Positions 49,425 to 62,281 of a DNA stretch of 64,000 bases are shown here, piece after piece (within the stretch, counting starts at the first letter, position 1; every line of letters starts with the position of its first letter). The stretch comes from Octopus sinensis. Taxonomy: Eukaryota. Below the pieces are notes generated by a model. It made no database searches. It worked only from the letters and a program-made list of their open reading frames with translations, and was not told the origin of the DNA. Position numbers and translations under genes: made by a program. The DNA lies in contig NC_043000.1 in assembly GCF_006345805.1 (NCBI RefSeq), forward strand, positions 83,700,001-83,764,000, given 5' to 3'.

Positions 49425-51139
49425 CTGTAGAAGATAGAAAAATATATAGAACTGCAAAGAATGCATCCATCTTCATTCATTTATCATTATCCTCTGTTTT
49501 CATATGGTTTCTTTTCTATAATTAAGAGCAGTGGTGGATGTATGGTTTTTGAACTGGCCCAAAGAGCTATAAATTGAAACTTTGCCATAGATATTGGCAA
49601 GATATATCTCTCTAATTTCTGGAGATGGTGTTGCAGAGCTACAGTCAATGTATTTGAATATAACAATGACATGAAGAAAGTAATCAGTTGCTTAGATATG
49701 GAGATGTAAGATATTGGGTGTCTCAGTTTGATGCAAGTTCACAATGAGATTAAATCAGTGTTGTAGCCATCAAGATTGTAAAGAGGTTTATTTAGTATAT
49801 TGAATAAGTCAAACAATTATATAGATGTTCCTTTGTTGGTTTAACATGCTGAATCTACTGTTTGGTTGATAGGCCTGAAAGGTCTTCTATGTGGTTGCCT
49901 GACTTGCTAGAAAGAGCAAGCAAATCTTCATTAAAGTACACCTTAAAAAGAAGAAAAGAAGATGGTCATGTATGATAATGTGGTCTAATGCTTGGTAACA
50001 AAGCAGTGTTAGTCATGACTGGAATACTTTTGATCTGCTTGATTAGGATTCATTTGGGTCTCAACTCTTCAGTCAAACAACATATCAATTGTTTTATGTT
50101 TGAGTGGCTGCTATAATGGAAGTAGTTAGATTTGTGTCTGAATTTGATCAACCATTACCCAAAACAAGTAAAATATTAAAAAAACACAAAACTTATGCTC
50201 ATTTACAGTACTTTAATACAGTAAGTAACTCTAGAAGTCCCTGTCTCTTAGTTGGTCTCACACCGTTCTATTACACTGTGTAAAAAATTAATTTTTTTTT
50301 GTTTTTGATCAGTGTCGTTTCCCATTTGCTTTTATCTAGAAATCAAGGGAAATGACTATTCCCTTCAAACTTTGCATTTGTGACCTGGACATCAATGTTT
50401 TGAAATTGACCTATTTTCCATTACATTTCAGACAGATTCAGTACTGAGTTGCTGAAGCAGAAATATCATTATAAAAAATATTGTGTGCAATACCACAGAT
50501 TTGCTTGATCTTAACCACTTGAGCATGTCCCATAGTGGCTGACAGTATGTACATCGCTGATCATGAAATGAGTAGGATTAGTGGGAGAGCATCATAACCA
50601 TATGTTGAGGAGGATTCTTTGGGGTTTGAATAAATATAACAAAAGCAAAGTTTGAAGGAAATATTAGCCATTTTTCATACTATCTAGAGGAAAGCAAATA
50701 GGAAATAACAGTTGCTTACCAAGGACAAAAATCGTCTTAAGCAATGTTATCTACCTGGTTTATTGTATTCTGAAATAAATTTCTAGTTGTAGTTATGTTG
50801 GTATTTATGCACAATTTATGTATATACAATGAGTTTTGGACAGTATTGAAATGTAGCTTCTAAATACATCAAATGTTATGGTTTCTTTCACACATCTTGT
50901 TCTTATCAGTAGAATTGACTTCATTTATTACAGTGTAGTAGCTTGGATTGAGATTTGCACCACACTATCTCTAAACACAATTTCCAACTACATAAATATA
51001 ATTAACAATTTAAAAATTAAATTATCATTTAATTTTAATTGAATATTATCTATATCTCTAAATTTTCTATTAATGTTCCTTAGATGTCTGTGAGAGATAA
51101 TAAAGTCAACCTAATCCATAATCCTGAACTATTACAAAA

Positions 51140-51590
51140 TATATCGGCTTCAAATTTTGGCACAAGGCCAACAGTTTTGAGGGAGGATGTAAGTTGATCA
51201 CCCCAGTGATCAGCTAGTACTTATTTTATCAGCCCTGAAAGGATGAAAGGCAAAGTCAACCTTGGTGGAATTTGAACTCAGTACATAAAGAGGGACAAAA
51301 TACCATTAAGCATTTTGCCTGGTGTGCTAATCATTCTGCCAGCTCACCACCTTAATCAAAACTACAATATTGGCTTCAAATTTTGGCATAAGGCCAGCAA
51401 TTTTGGAAGAGAGGAGGCAAGACAATTACATTGAACCCAGTGCTTAACTGGTACTTATATTATTGGCCCTGAAAGGGTGAAAGGCAAAGTCAACTGTAGA
51501 GAATTTGAACTCAGAACGTAGCAATGAATGAAATGCCAATAAGCATTTTCCCCATCATGCTAATGATTCTGCCACTTTGCCCCCTTTTCC
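51140..51590 (-). mobile_element. Two tandem family B SINEs
   Basis: Two successive reversed copies ending ttcaaattttggcac/taaggcc. Confidence 0.75.
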
Positions 51591-52074
51591 ATTACAAAAT
51601 ATACTAATAACAGAATAAACTTAAAAATTACAACTAGTCTTATCTTAGGACATCTAAACTGCATTTGGCAGTTAACATGAGACCTGTCAGTGGTTGTACA
51701 CTCGCCATATTACCAAACTGAATTATTTAAGGTAAAAGTCAAACAAAACAAATTTGACTAAGGATCTCTCTTTAATCAACTCAAACAAGGATTAAATATA
51801 TTTTCTCCATAGGTAAATCCTAAATGTATCCATACATTTAAACAATTCAAATGACTGTACAGTACAAGCATACAAGTCAAATGGAAGAAAGATTACATTG
51901 ATGTAAGATTTACTAACAAATCCACTCAAATAAGTATTTCATAAAGTTTTTGCAGTAATAAATGATTCCAAAAAGACTAATTCCATGAAGACTAGAGCTG
52001 TTTCTTGGGTAAAATAATCCTATTAGTTTTACTTTAAGCTTTAATCAATTCATCTTGACTAATCTGTGTAATAC

Positions 52075-52217
52075 CTTGTAGTAAATGAGCCACTGGGATA
52101 TTGGTGAGATAAGTCTTTCTGTAACGGCATTTTTACAGAGACATGCAGCACAGGCATCCTCTTTGCTGGCAAGGTTCCTGAAGATGTTTGTGGCAAGCTG
52201 GGCTGGATCAACTAACT
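52075..52217 (-). CDS. TBC1D32: TBC1D32 internal exon, 143 nt, phase 1 to 0
   Basis: ctgttttgtattgtag|AG TTA...TAC AAG|gtatta; (E)LVDPAQLATNIFRNLASKEDACAACLCKNAVTERLISPISQWLIYYK versus recalled human [43 protein letters not shown]. Confidence 0.88.
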
Positions 52218-52664
52218 CTACAATACAAAACAGAACTGATGACTTCATGTGACATAAAACACAAATTACATTACTTTTTTGTTTATAATGTTTCAACTTA
52301 TAAACAAATTAATGAACAAGTATTTAGAGCTATTTCAGTTTGCTTTATGATTGTCATTGCTGTTATTCTTATTTAACTCCAAGTCAGCAGTGACTGACCA
52401 CATCTATGATCAAAGGCACTCTAGCCTTGACCATCATGTCTTATTTCCAGATACAGTGTAACTTGTAACAGCACTCAATTTTTTCTTCCTTTTACTAAAA
52501 CAGTAGAGTGTTATTTGGGAGAGATTTGGCTGCTATTTCTAGCTGGTTACACAACTACGTACAGACTCTCCCATTGTCTTGAACTTGTATATTTAGATGC
52601 AGGAGTTTTTTTCTGCTCTTTGAGATATTCTCTAACAATTATAAGGTTGTTCCCATGTTTATCA

Positions 52665-52850
52665 ATACTGACAATCTATTGCAAGTTCTACTAACAACTG
52701 TAATCTACTGTATATTCACCTAACAGCCACATCCTACTGCAAGTTCAACTAACAGCTGCGTCTTATTGCAAGTTAAAGTAACAGCTGCATCCTATTGCAA
52801 GTGCAGCTAACAGCTGCAATGTACTGCAAGTGCAGTTAACACAATTGCAA
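52665..52850 (+). repeat. ~30-bp minisatellite (taacagctgcatcctattgcaagt...), about 6 units
   Basis: Directly visible recurrent taacagc...attgcaagt. Confidence 0.8.
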
Positions 52851-53090
52851 GTAGAGTGAAAATTAAATTATGATTTTCAAATGTGTCTGCTGTGAGATAT
52901 TTCTTCACAGATTTGAAGAACTATCAGTGTCAAGTGTGATGACATACAACAGTCAATATCTAACTGCGACGAAAATAGAAATGTCATGTTAGATGTCATC
53001 ATTCAGGTCAAAATGTGAACACCATCCCTGTATAGGTGTTATCTTCTGGAAAATGATGAGAAAGACATATTTCTTGGGATATAAACCAAA

Positions 53091-53305
53091 TTAACCCTTT
53101 AGCATTTAAACCAGACCATATCTGGCCAAAATGGTCACTTTCTTTAATGTTCAAACCAGCCAGATCTGGCCTCTCACATCTACCCTACAATGTCATTCTA
53201 AAAATATGCAATCACATCATTGAAATTTCAAAGCTACAAGATGACACATAATTGGAAACAGTCTGCATAATAACTACTACATTTGACAGAATGCTAAAGG
53301 AATAA
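53091..53305 (+). mobile_element. TTAA-flanked MITE (same family as 24180-24394)
   Basis: ttaa-ccctttagcattt...aatgctaaagg-aataa. Confidence 0.75.
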
Positions 53306-53842
53306 TGATGTCACAGGTGATCTTATAATGTTGACAGTGCTATTATAATCATACATAGGAACACTGTCTCAACACACAGAAACCAAGGTCAATTTTACAA
53401 GAAACCCTCATCAGGTTCTTTATATAAGTTATGACTCTTCAACAGAAATGATTATAGAATCTTAGCAGAGAGTATGTATGATTGAAACTAGTTGTGGGAA
53501 TTCTTTAAATCTAGGCAAATACTCACTATGTTCAAGACAATACTTATAAAGGAAACAGAAGTCACTAACCTTGATTAAAATGAAATGTTATGGAAAATTA
53601 AAAATAAGCATGTAATTGCTTCTAGAAAAGTGTATTTTGTTCTTAGACATTGCTTACTAATCCATATGTGTTTCAGTGAAACTAGACATACTGGGCAACA
53701 ACATACAACATGCCTTGAAATTAAATGTAGTGGGATCCAAGTACGATTTAAAAGACAAAGGTTTTCCTAAATCTAAACACAAATGGCATTAAATTCTCAC
53801 TTTGGTGATAAATGGAATAATGTTAGAGCATTAAGTACTTAC

Positions 53843-53857
53843 CACAATGAGATATAT
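53843..53857 (-). CDS. TBC1D32: Candidate 15-nt TBC1D32 microexon, phase 1 to 1
   Basis: cctatatttccttcag|AT ATA TCT CAT TGT G|gtaagt; joins the next exon as ...ISHC-E-LVDPAQ versus recalled human AAHS-E-NYSPAS. Confidence 0.6.
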
Positions 53858-56800
53858 CTGAAGGAAATATAGGTGTGACAATGAAATTACACATGAACAG
53901 GAGAAGTTGAGTTACATTGACAGAAACTGAAAAAAGTAAATTTGACTGTTAATGGACAGTTTTTAAAATAAATAATTTTAAATTATTGAAAAATAATATC
54001 CAAAAATTTGATAAATGACAAGGTTTTATGATCAAAGAACAAGGCAAAAGAAAGTTTTGGAAAGCTTGAATGGATTACATTCTTGCTTTATTACTTCTCT
54101 TTTTATAACATCATTCTTATTTAGTTATTTCATTATTTCAATCTATTTCAACCCCTAGATAGATTTAAAATTTAACTTGCCAAAAGAGGACTCAAACCTG
54201 AAATTACTGTCTCTTGGTGCAGGTGCCACATAAAAAGCACCCAGTACACTCTGTAAATTGGTTGGCATTAGGAAGGGTATCCAGCTGTAGAAACCAAACC
54301 AAAACAAACTATGGAGTCAGGTGTGGCCCCTGGCCTTGCCAGCTCCTGTCAAGCCATCCAACCCATGCCATCACAGAAAATGGATGTTAAATACTGATGC
54401 TTAGTACAACCCTCTCAAATATCAGTTCATGTTAACTGTCCAACCCAAGCTAACATAGAAAAAGAGACATTAAATGATAATGATGATGATGATGACATCT
54501 CCTCTTCCCTTGACCGGCTCCTATTTCTTTCCTTCACTCCCCCTCCCCTAAAATGATATTCAACTCATCCAGTTCACTCCCTTATCTCTAATCATCTGTC
54601 ACACTATTTTCCCCATAGTGCACTTACTTACCCAACCACAGTTTCTGTTCCTCTATTGTATTCTTTCTTTCACATTCACCTTGCACCTTGACCTCAGATC
54701 TCTCTCTTTCCAGATGGGCAAGACATGTATTTACCTCTTTAGCAGGGCACTTGCTCGAGGGGTTTTGTCTTGTGGATATTTGGTGACTAAGTGGTTGGTA
54801 TCATGAAGGGTTTCCAGCTGTAGAATGTAGAAACCATGCCAAAGTAGACATTAGAGCTTAGTACAACCCTCCCACTTGTCAGTTCATGTTGAACTGTCCA
54901 ACCCATGCTAACATAGAAAAAGAGACATATGATGATGATGATGATGACGTCTCATTCTCTTGTGGTTCATCGATGAACTACAAACTGTAGGACAGTATCT
55001 CATTAATTTAGTGCAAATTAATATTTTATTCATTATCATTATTTTTACTTATATATCAAAGATAAATCCACTTAAAGTAGACATATTTTAACATGTAGAA
55101 CATATAGCACCTGCCCTTAATCTAGTAAAGATAAGTGAGAAAATCTGCTGCAATGTTGGCAGGTTAAGTAACTTTCAAGAGAAAAGTTCTCACTTGGTGG
55201 TTTTTTGATGACTGTCAACACTAGTTGAACAAACTCTGTTCTACAGGTAATTTATAAAATATCCACCCTCCTAAAATATTTTACAGATTGAATGAATCAA
55301 TTATTGATTTCAAATTTTGGCACAAGGCCAGTAATTTTGAGGAGGGGATAAGTAGATTAAATTGATCCCAACATTCAACTGGTACTTATTTTATTGACCC
55401 TAAAAGGATGAAAAGCAGTCGACCATGGCAGAATTTGAACTCAGAACATAAAGGTGGATGAAATGCTGCTAAACATTTTGCTTGTCATCCTAATGATTCT
55501 GTCAGCTCACTGCCTTGAATGAACCAAAAATTAATCTTCTTTTGACTGTTTATATTTTTTCCTTAACTTTTTAGCTAGGAAGAAAGGCAGTGTTGATGAC
55601 TTGCAGTGGGAAGGGAGGAAGAGATCCTCAAACCAAAAACCTGGCCTCAATACATGCAACACAGTAGATAATCTAGCACCTTGGATATGCAAGAGTTAAC
55701 GTAGGTGCCAGGTGGTTGTGTTAAACTGGGCAACAGATTAAGTCTACCACCCACATAGGCTATGTAGGGATTCAAGCTCAGAATGCAAAAGGCCAGAAGA
55801 AATATTGCAAGACATCTGGTCCAACATTCTATCAAATTACTAGCTTGGATGGTTTATTTTTATATCAACCCAAAAAGGATGAAAAGTAAAGTTGAGCTCT
55901 GCAGGATTTGAACACAGAATGCAGACATCTGGAACAAACATTGGGAAGTGTCCTATCTGACACTCAACTGATCCTTTTTTTAATGACCACGGTAGAAAAG
56001 AATGTTACATTAACTTAAACACACTTCCTATTCAGAATCTTTACTAACCAAAGCCTTTATCAATCAACCAGTTAAATCTAGTTCTTTGTTTTGATAATTT
56101 CCACTACATCAATATCAATGATATTATTGCCATGTTGGACAGTTTTTCTGTTACTACTCTACATGCCACTGTTAAAATCACATGTAATTTTCTCTTTCCA
56201 TTCATTCAACGATCATTTATAGCAACCATGCTATTATCTCAGTTACTGAAGTAGAAACTCTTGTATGGAATTTACTTAAGGTATATGACTGACTCTATTC
56301 CAATCTAACTTGAGGCCTTTACCAGCTTTGTAATGCTACTAAAAGGTCAAACTGCTTTCTTACTCAGCATTTTCTAAAGTGAAGAACTGATATATGTCCT
56401 TGTTACTCATTTAAATCATACAGTTCACTATCACACTGAAATTAAAAATATGCTCTGCTGACCCTAACTACTTAGTAAACCATTTCAAATCACTCGTTTA
56501 TATATTGGCTTTCATCAAACCTCATCAATGGTTTTATTTCAAACTTTTAATGGAAAATGGTAGTTAAAGGCAAAACGATAGAGAATGAAAAAAGTAGTTG
56601 AGAGATTCACAGAAGTACGTTGATTAAACATGTAGCAGCAACAGATTGTTACCAGGAATTAAATCATATCTAGTATATTGATTACATGGATTTCCCCTTA
56701 GTGTTCACTCAGCTAAATCTTGTGGTTTCTTGTTTAAATCCACCAGCAACTATTCCCTATTTTGACAGATTTTAATTCCTATCTTACATCAACAGAGACA

Positions 56801-58509
56801 TAGAAGCAGTATTAATTGAAACAAATATTTAGCACAGTTGTTTACATTCAAATGTGAAAAGACTTTAGCTATGAAATTGTCTTGGGAGAGAGAAATTTCC
56901 TTTCAGGATTACAAAACAGTAAAATAATTATTTCCCTCTTCTAATCTTAAACTTCCACTGCAGCAGGAGGTTTAACATAATAACTTCCTTTTATACAAGT
57001 ATTCTCTAAGTTTAAACAAACTAAAAGGTGATGGCTTATGACAAAAGTTTAATCCAAAGTAAAATTGATCTGGTTGACAGAGACTGAAAAAAGCCCATCA
57101 TACATAGGCATTGTGTGTGTGTGTATGTGTGTGTGTGTGTGCATGTGTGCGCATGCCCATATGTTATTGTGCTTGTGTTTATATCCCAACCACTTCATTT
57201 GTCTACAACCTTGTAATATAGTGGTTCAGCAAAAGGAACTAATGGAATAAGAACCAGACTTTGAAAAATAAGTATTGGGGTCAATTTGTTCAACTAAACT
57301 CTTTGATGTAGTGCCCCAGTATGGTAACAGTCCAATGACTGAAACAAATAAAAGATAAAAGATAGTAGTTTTAAAATTAGGACTAACCTTAGCTGCCCCT
57401 ATTATTCAATTTTCCCAACCTGAGGGTAAATTTATATGATAAATACACTAAGACAATTCAAAGAAACCATACTCATTGTTGCCTGATTGATAAACGTAGC
57501 CATTTACTTCACAAAAGATTGGTGACAATTGGCATTCTTGTTGCATTCTTTGTTGCTATGGTGAGACAAATATTTCTGATATAAGTTCTGTTTGTTTTCA
57601 ATAATTAATGAAATTAAGGTGGCAAGCTGGCAGAATAATTACTACTGAGCAGCATTTCTTCTAACTACATTTTGAGTTCAAATGCTGCTGGGTCGACTTT
57701 GCCTTTCATCATTTGGTGGTCGATAAAATAATTACCAGTTGAACACTGGGGTTGATGTAATCAACTTACCCTGTCCCCTGAAATTATTGGCCTTGTACTA
57801 AAATTTGAAGCCAATAATTAATGAATTTAACTGACTTTAACATAAGGTTTATATTATCTATGTTTCACTGATGAGCTCTATTAAGACTGGAACCTGACAG
57901 TTGCTATGAACTAAAAAGAAAATTGTCATCTTAACATGAAAACTCAATTAAAACACTTCTTTCTCCTCTTCTTTGAGAGTTGTTAACAAATGTTGACAGC
58001 TTTTCATTTTCTTTCTTCAGCTAAGAGGAAAATATAAAGTATTTTCAGTGTATGTCATTCTGTGCATCCATACATACTTGATTTATTTCAGTCTGTGGCT
58101 TATTTGAATTATTTTTCTTCAATCTTTTATATTATCCTACTGCACTGTTTATTAATTATCTGTGTTTACTTTCAGAACACTTCACATTATTTAATCTTCT
58201 TTAACACACACAGAAAACCTGCTTGCTCAGATTTTTATTTTCCTGTGCATAAATGGTTTCATTAACACCTCTCTTCTACTTATACCCCACACCCTACTGC
58301 AGAGGGAGGCCCTGGGAATTGTGCTCTGTTAAGAATAAACAGCCATCAGTCTTAATCATCTATAATTACATTTCTTCTTTCAGCTGCTGTTACCAAGGTG
58401 TTTCAAAATATTAATAATGATTTATCTTCTTCCTGTCACCTCAACTGTCCTTTTTGCCAAAGAATTTCTATTAATAAAGACAAAACAATTCTAGTCTTGC
58501 TTTCATTTT

Positions 58510-58755
58510 TCATTTTTGGACATAGGCATGTTTGCATCTCCAAATATGTTCATGAGTGGAAGCAAACATATGGACATACACGTTTTTATATGCAGGCATA
58601 CATGCACATGGACACATCCATGTTTTGCATGTCCAAATATATTCATGTGTGTATGCAAGCATATGGACATGGACATGTTTCTGCTGCAGGCATACATACA
58701 CATGGACATACCCATGTTTTGCATGTCCAAATGTGTTTGTGTGTGGAGGCATGCA
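58510..58755 (+). repeat. Complex tandem repeat (tggacat / catgttt subunits, ~90-bp higher-order unit)
   Basis: gcaggcatacat...catggaca...catgttttgcatgtccaaat occurs twice; its ORFs are repetitive artefacts. Confidence 0.75.
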
Positions 58756-59209
58756 TATATATATGACCTCACAAATTCAATTGTATCTACATATAAGCAC
58801 ACTGAAATTATATAGTTTTTGTATTTTTATGTATGTACTTGTTCTTGTATATGTACACACACATGTACTTTCACAATACTATACACAAACACACATGCAA
58901 GTATAATACACACAGAAATATAATACACATATAATATTGTTGGGTTGTTAGATCAATTTGCTCATGTTTTTCTACTTGGTACTCCATTGTTATTTGTCTG
59001 AAAAGACAAAAAGTTTATTCAAATTCCGAAAACAATAAACAATAGTTGTAGAGGAAGTATAAAGCTATAAAAGAAAAACACTAAACAGTATGATAAAGAT
59101 ATTTTTCATGTTAATTCAAATATCCTTGGAAAGGATTAAAATAAATGTGTGTGTGTGTGTGGAGGGGCGAACAAATTTGTCTGATAATCATCATCATTAT
59201 CATCATCAT

Positions 59210-59437
59210 TTAACTCTTTCGTTACCAACTCGGCTGAAACCGGCTCTGGCTCTGAGTACAAATGTCTTGTTTTCATAAGTTTGGAATTAAAATCTTTCAC
59301 CAAACCTTAGTCACAATTTATGTTTCTAACACTAGCTGAATGATAATTAAGTTATTTTGCTAAATTCTTTGTTATATTTAAAGTGATTGAAAGAAACACA
59401 GAGCATCTCAAAATAAATACAGTAACAAAAGGGTTAA
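59210..59437 (+). mobile_element. Second TTAA-flanked MITE family
   Basis: ttaa-ctctttcgttac...gtaacaaaaggg-ttaa. Confidence 0.75.
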
Positions 59438-59870
59438 TGTCCGTCCTCCATACTGGCATAGGTTAAATGGTTTGACTGGAACTGGTAAGCTGGAGAGTTG
59501 CACCAGGTTCCAGTTTGATTGGCTTAGTTTCTACAGATGGATGCCCTTTTTAATGCCAACCAGGGGTGTCCTTTATGTCACTGGCACTGGCTGTGAATTT
59601 GATTTCATCTGGCTTAACGTGTCTTCTAAAGCACAGCAAGTCACTAAAGGACTCGATCACTTGTCATTGCCTCCATGAAACCCAACATCAGAAGATCATG
59701 CTTCACCACCTCATCCCATGTCTTCATGGTTCTACCTCTTACACAGGCTCTCTCCACAGTTAGAGATTGGCATTTCTTTATGCAGCTGTCTTTGTCCATA
59801 CATATCACATGACCATACCAGCACAGTCTTCTCACTTATACACAACATCTGATGCCTCTTATGCTCAATT
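59438..59870 (-). mobile_element. RTE ORF2 3' end continuing into the family C 3'UTR
   Basis: RRLCWYGHVICMDKDSCIKKCQSLTVERACVRGRTMKTWDEVVKHDL, then ggcattaaaaagggcatccatctgtagaaac. Confidence 0.8.
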
Positions 59871-60625
59871 TTTTTCTCAAGATGATTACGTTCTGTAGTA
59901 TCTGTTGAGTGGTTGATGTTAGGAAGGGAATCCAGCTGTAAAAATCCTGCCAAAACAGTCACAGAAGTCTGATGCAGGCTTCAGCTTGGCTGGCTCTCTT
60001 GTGGTACTGTCCCACCCATGCTAGCATGGAAGACAGGCGTTAAATGATGATGATGATGATGATATATCATCATCACCGTTTAACATCTGCTTTCCATGCT
60101 GGCATGGGTTGGACGGTTTGACTGAGGATTGGTGAACCAGAGGCTGCACCAGGTTCAGTCTGATCAGGCAAAGTTTCTACAGCTGGATGCCCTTCGCATC
60201 GAAGACAGGTGATTGTCATGCGCTGACGACAGGTAAATACCCAGAAACTCAGGTCTGTGCGTATCACATCAGGTTGACGATGGGAAGGATGGCTTCTCTT
60301 TGCAAATACTGATAGGGCACAGAAAGTGTGCCAATAGCCAGCTGGAGAAGATGTTCTCCTGGGGCTACAAGCTACAGTTGCATCCACCCTTAGTGGTTAG
60401 CCACATTTAAGTGGCAAATATACTTTATGTTGTCGTGCAGCTACTGTTTATAGCTCATTCAGAGATTTATTAATTCAAAATTATTTATGAATATATCAAT
60501 GGCCAGAACATGCAATTAAAAAATTATATCATAAAAGAAGAATGTATAATTGTAAATAAATCACAATTATAATGGAGAGGGTTATAAAAACCCTTACATG
60601 CCTAGAAACAGCAGTCAAAACTGCT

Positions 60626-60801
60626 ATATGGTCACTATAAAACGATAAACGTTGCTCTTTTCAAGCCTAGCCAGGCTCATGGGCCTGGTTTCCCTTTTCA
60701 AGCTTAGCCAGGCTCATGGGCCCGGTTTCCCGGTTTCTATGACGTATATGTTCCCTCCAGCTGGATGGGACACCAATCCATCACAGATATGGCCACTATA
60801 A
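60626..60801 (-). mobile_element. 5'-truncated SINE with 15-bp TSD and internal 37-bp tandem duplication
   Basis: TSD atatgg(t/c)cactataa at 60626-60640 and 60787-60801; units 60657-60693 and 60694-60730. Confidence 0.7.
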
Positions 60802-61519
60802 CCACTCATATTATAACTCCTCAACCATAAAAGCTGTCAGCAAGTGAAACGACATAAAAATATACACATATACACTAATACAGCAACATAGACGAAAATG
60901 AAAAAGAAGCAAAAGGCAAGAAAAACTGAAACTGTCGCAAGTGAATTGATAGAAATCTTTGGGTTGTATGTCAGTCATAAAGCACACATGCACATAACCA
61001 ATCATGCTAATGGCATCTCCAACTATAATTATTCTATTCGGAGCATAGAATGCATTCTGAAAAGATTCAGTTATAATAGATTAGAATCTTAGAATATTGT
61101 TTAAGGGAAGTAACCAATAAAATTCTACTATAGGCACAAAGCTTGAAATTTTGTGGGAGAGAGGATTATTTGATTACACAGACCCCAGTGCTCAATTGAT
61201 ACTTATTTCTTTGATATCAAAAGGTAAATTCAACTTTGGCAATATTTGAACTCAGAACATAAAGATGGGCAAAATGTTGCTAAGCATTTTGTCTGGGACG
61301 TTAGCAATTCTGCCCACTTGCCACCTCAAAGAAAGGAATTATACCCACTCCCTGTACATGCAAATATTCAAAACTTAAAATGAATTTAAATGGACTAATT
61401 GACAGCCTATGTTATAATTAAGCAAAAACTATGCAATTATGGCTCCATGAACAAAAATAAAAGAAAAATATATGTAATTTCAATTAATTAGTAGATTAAT
61501 ATAAGATTAATGGTGCCAA

Positions 61520-61790
61520 TATGAAGGCACATGGCTTAGTGTTTAGGGTAGTTGGTTTGTGATTGTAAGGTCATGAGTTTGATTCTGGCAACACACTGTA
61601 CCCTTGAGCAAGACATTTTATTTCACATTGCTCCAGTGCACTCAGATAGCTAAAAATGAGTAGTACCTGTTTTACAAAGGGCCAGCCTTGATGCATTCTA
61701 TGCCATGCTGAATCTCCCTGAGAACTATGTTAAGATGTTAAGGGTACATGTGTTTGTAGAATGCTCAACCACTTGCATGTTAATTTCATG
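61520..61790 (+). mobile_element. SINE family D
   Basis: gaaggcacatggcttagtgtttagggta...gagtttgattct...cttgagcaagacattttatttcacattgctccagtgcactcag; matches 6830-7080. Confidence 0.8.
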
Positions 61791-62029
61791 AGTGCTAGTT
61801 AGCTTATGATGCTGATAAGGTTAGAAATGTTAAAAGTTAAGTAAGAATGTGTACATAATCATCTGTATACAGTCACATATATCCTACCAATACATTTTCC
61901 CAAAATTACAAATTTAAGACAACTCTGCCTAGTTTCATGAAACGACAGCATTTTCCAAAAAAACATTAGATATAACGTTTTTGGATTTGGTTTGCAAAAT
62001 TCTTTATATGAGTTTGTGTGTTGAAGCAT

Positions 62030-62281
62030 ATTCTGTTGTGTCTGGGGAGAGTCATTTTCTTTTTGTGCCTTATAATGTAACACACTCACCGGTAAAATTT
62101 CCACTTATTTCTTATTTTTATCTTCCTAAAATTTTTGTTGTCTTGCAACCTTTTCAATAGTCAAGACTATTGAAAAGGTTGCAAGATGCAATAAAAATAA
62201 GAAATAAGTGGAAATTTTACCGGTGAGTGTGTTACCGGTGAGGCACTAAAGGAGAATGACTCTCCCCAGACACAACAGAAT
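62030..62281. repeat. Fold-back (head-to-head repeat) with three perfect stems
   Basis: 27 bp (62030-62056/62255-62281), 43 bp (62078-62120/62192-62234) and 22 bp (62141-62162/62165-62186) with a 2-nt loop. Confidence 0.95.

Noticed and set aside
55194-55240. 47-nt candidate upstream TBC1D32 exon (TEFVQLVLTVIKKPP, phase 2 to 1)
   Set aside because: The end phase fits the microexon, but the acceptor lacks a pyrimidine tract and similarity to the recalled human sequence is marginal; left unassigned pending RNA-seq.
56364-56435. Strong-looking acceptor/donor pair (also 63674-63747)
   Set aside because: Stop codons in all three frames.
57868-57900. CTGATGA-gctc...gact-GGAAC hammerhead-like string (also CTGATGA at about 19186 and 53411)
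   Set aside because: Stem II is mismatched or GAAA is absent; not distinguishable from chance.
60200-60365. Possible RTE 3' fragment (VMR..DDR*IPRN)
   Set aside because: Too short and frameshifted to support a call.
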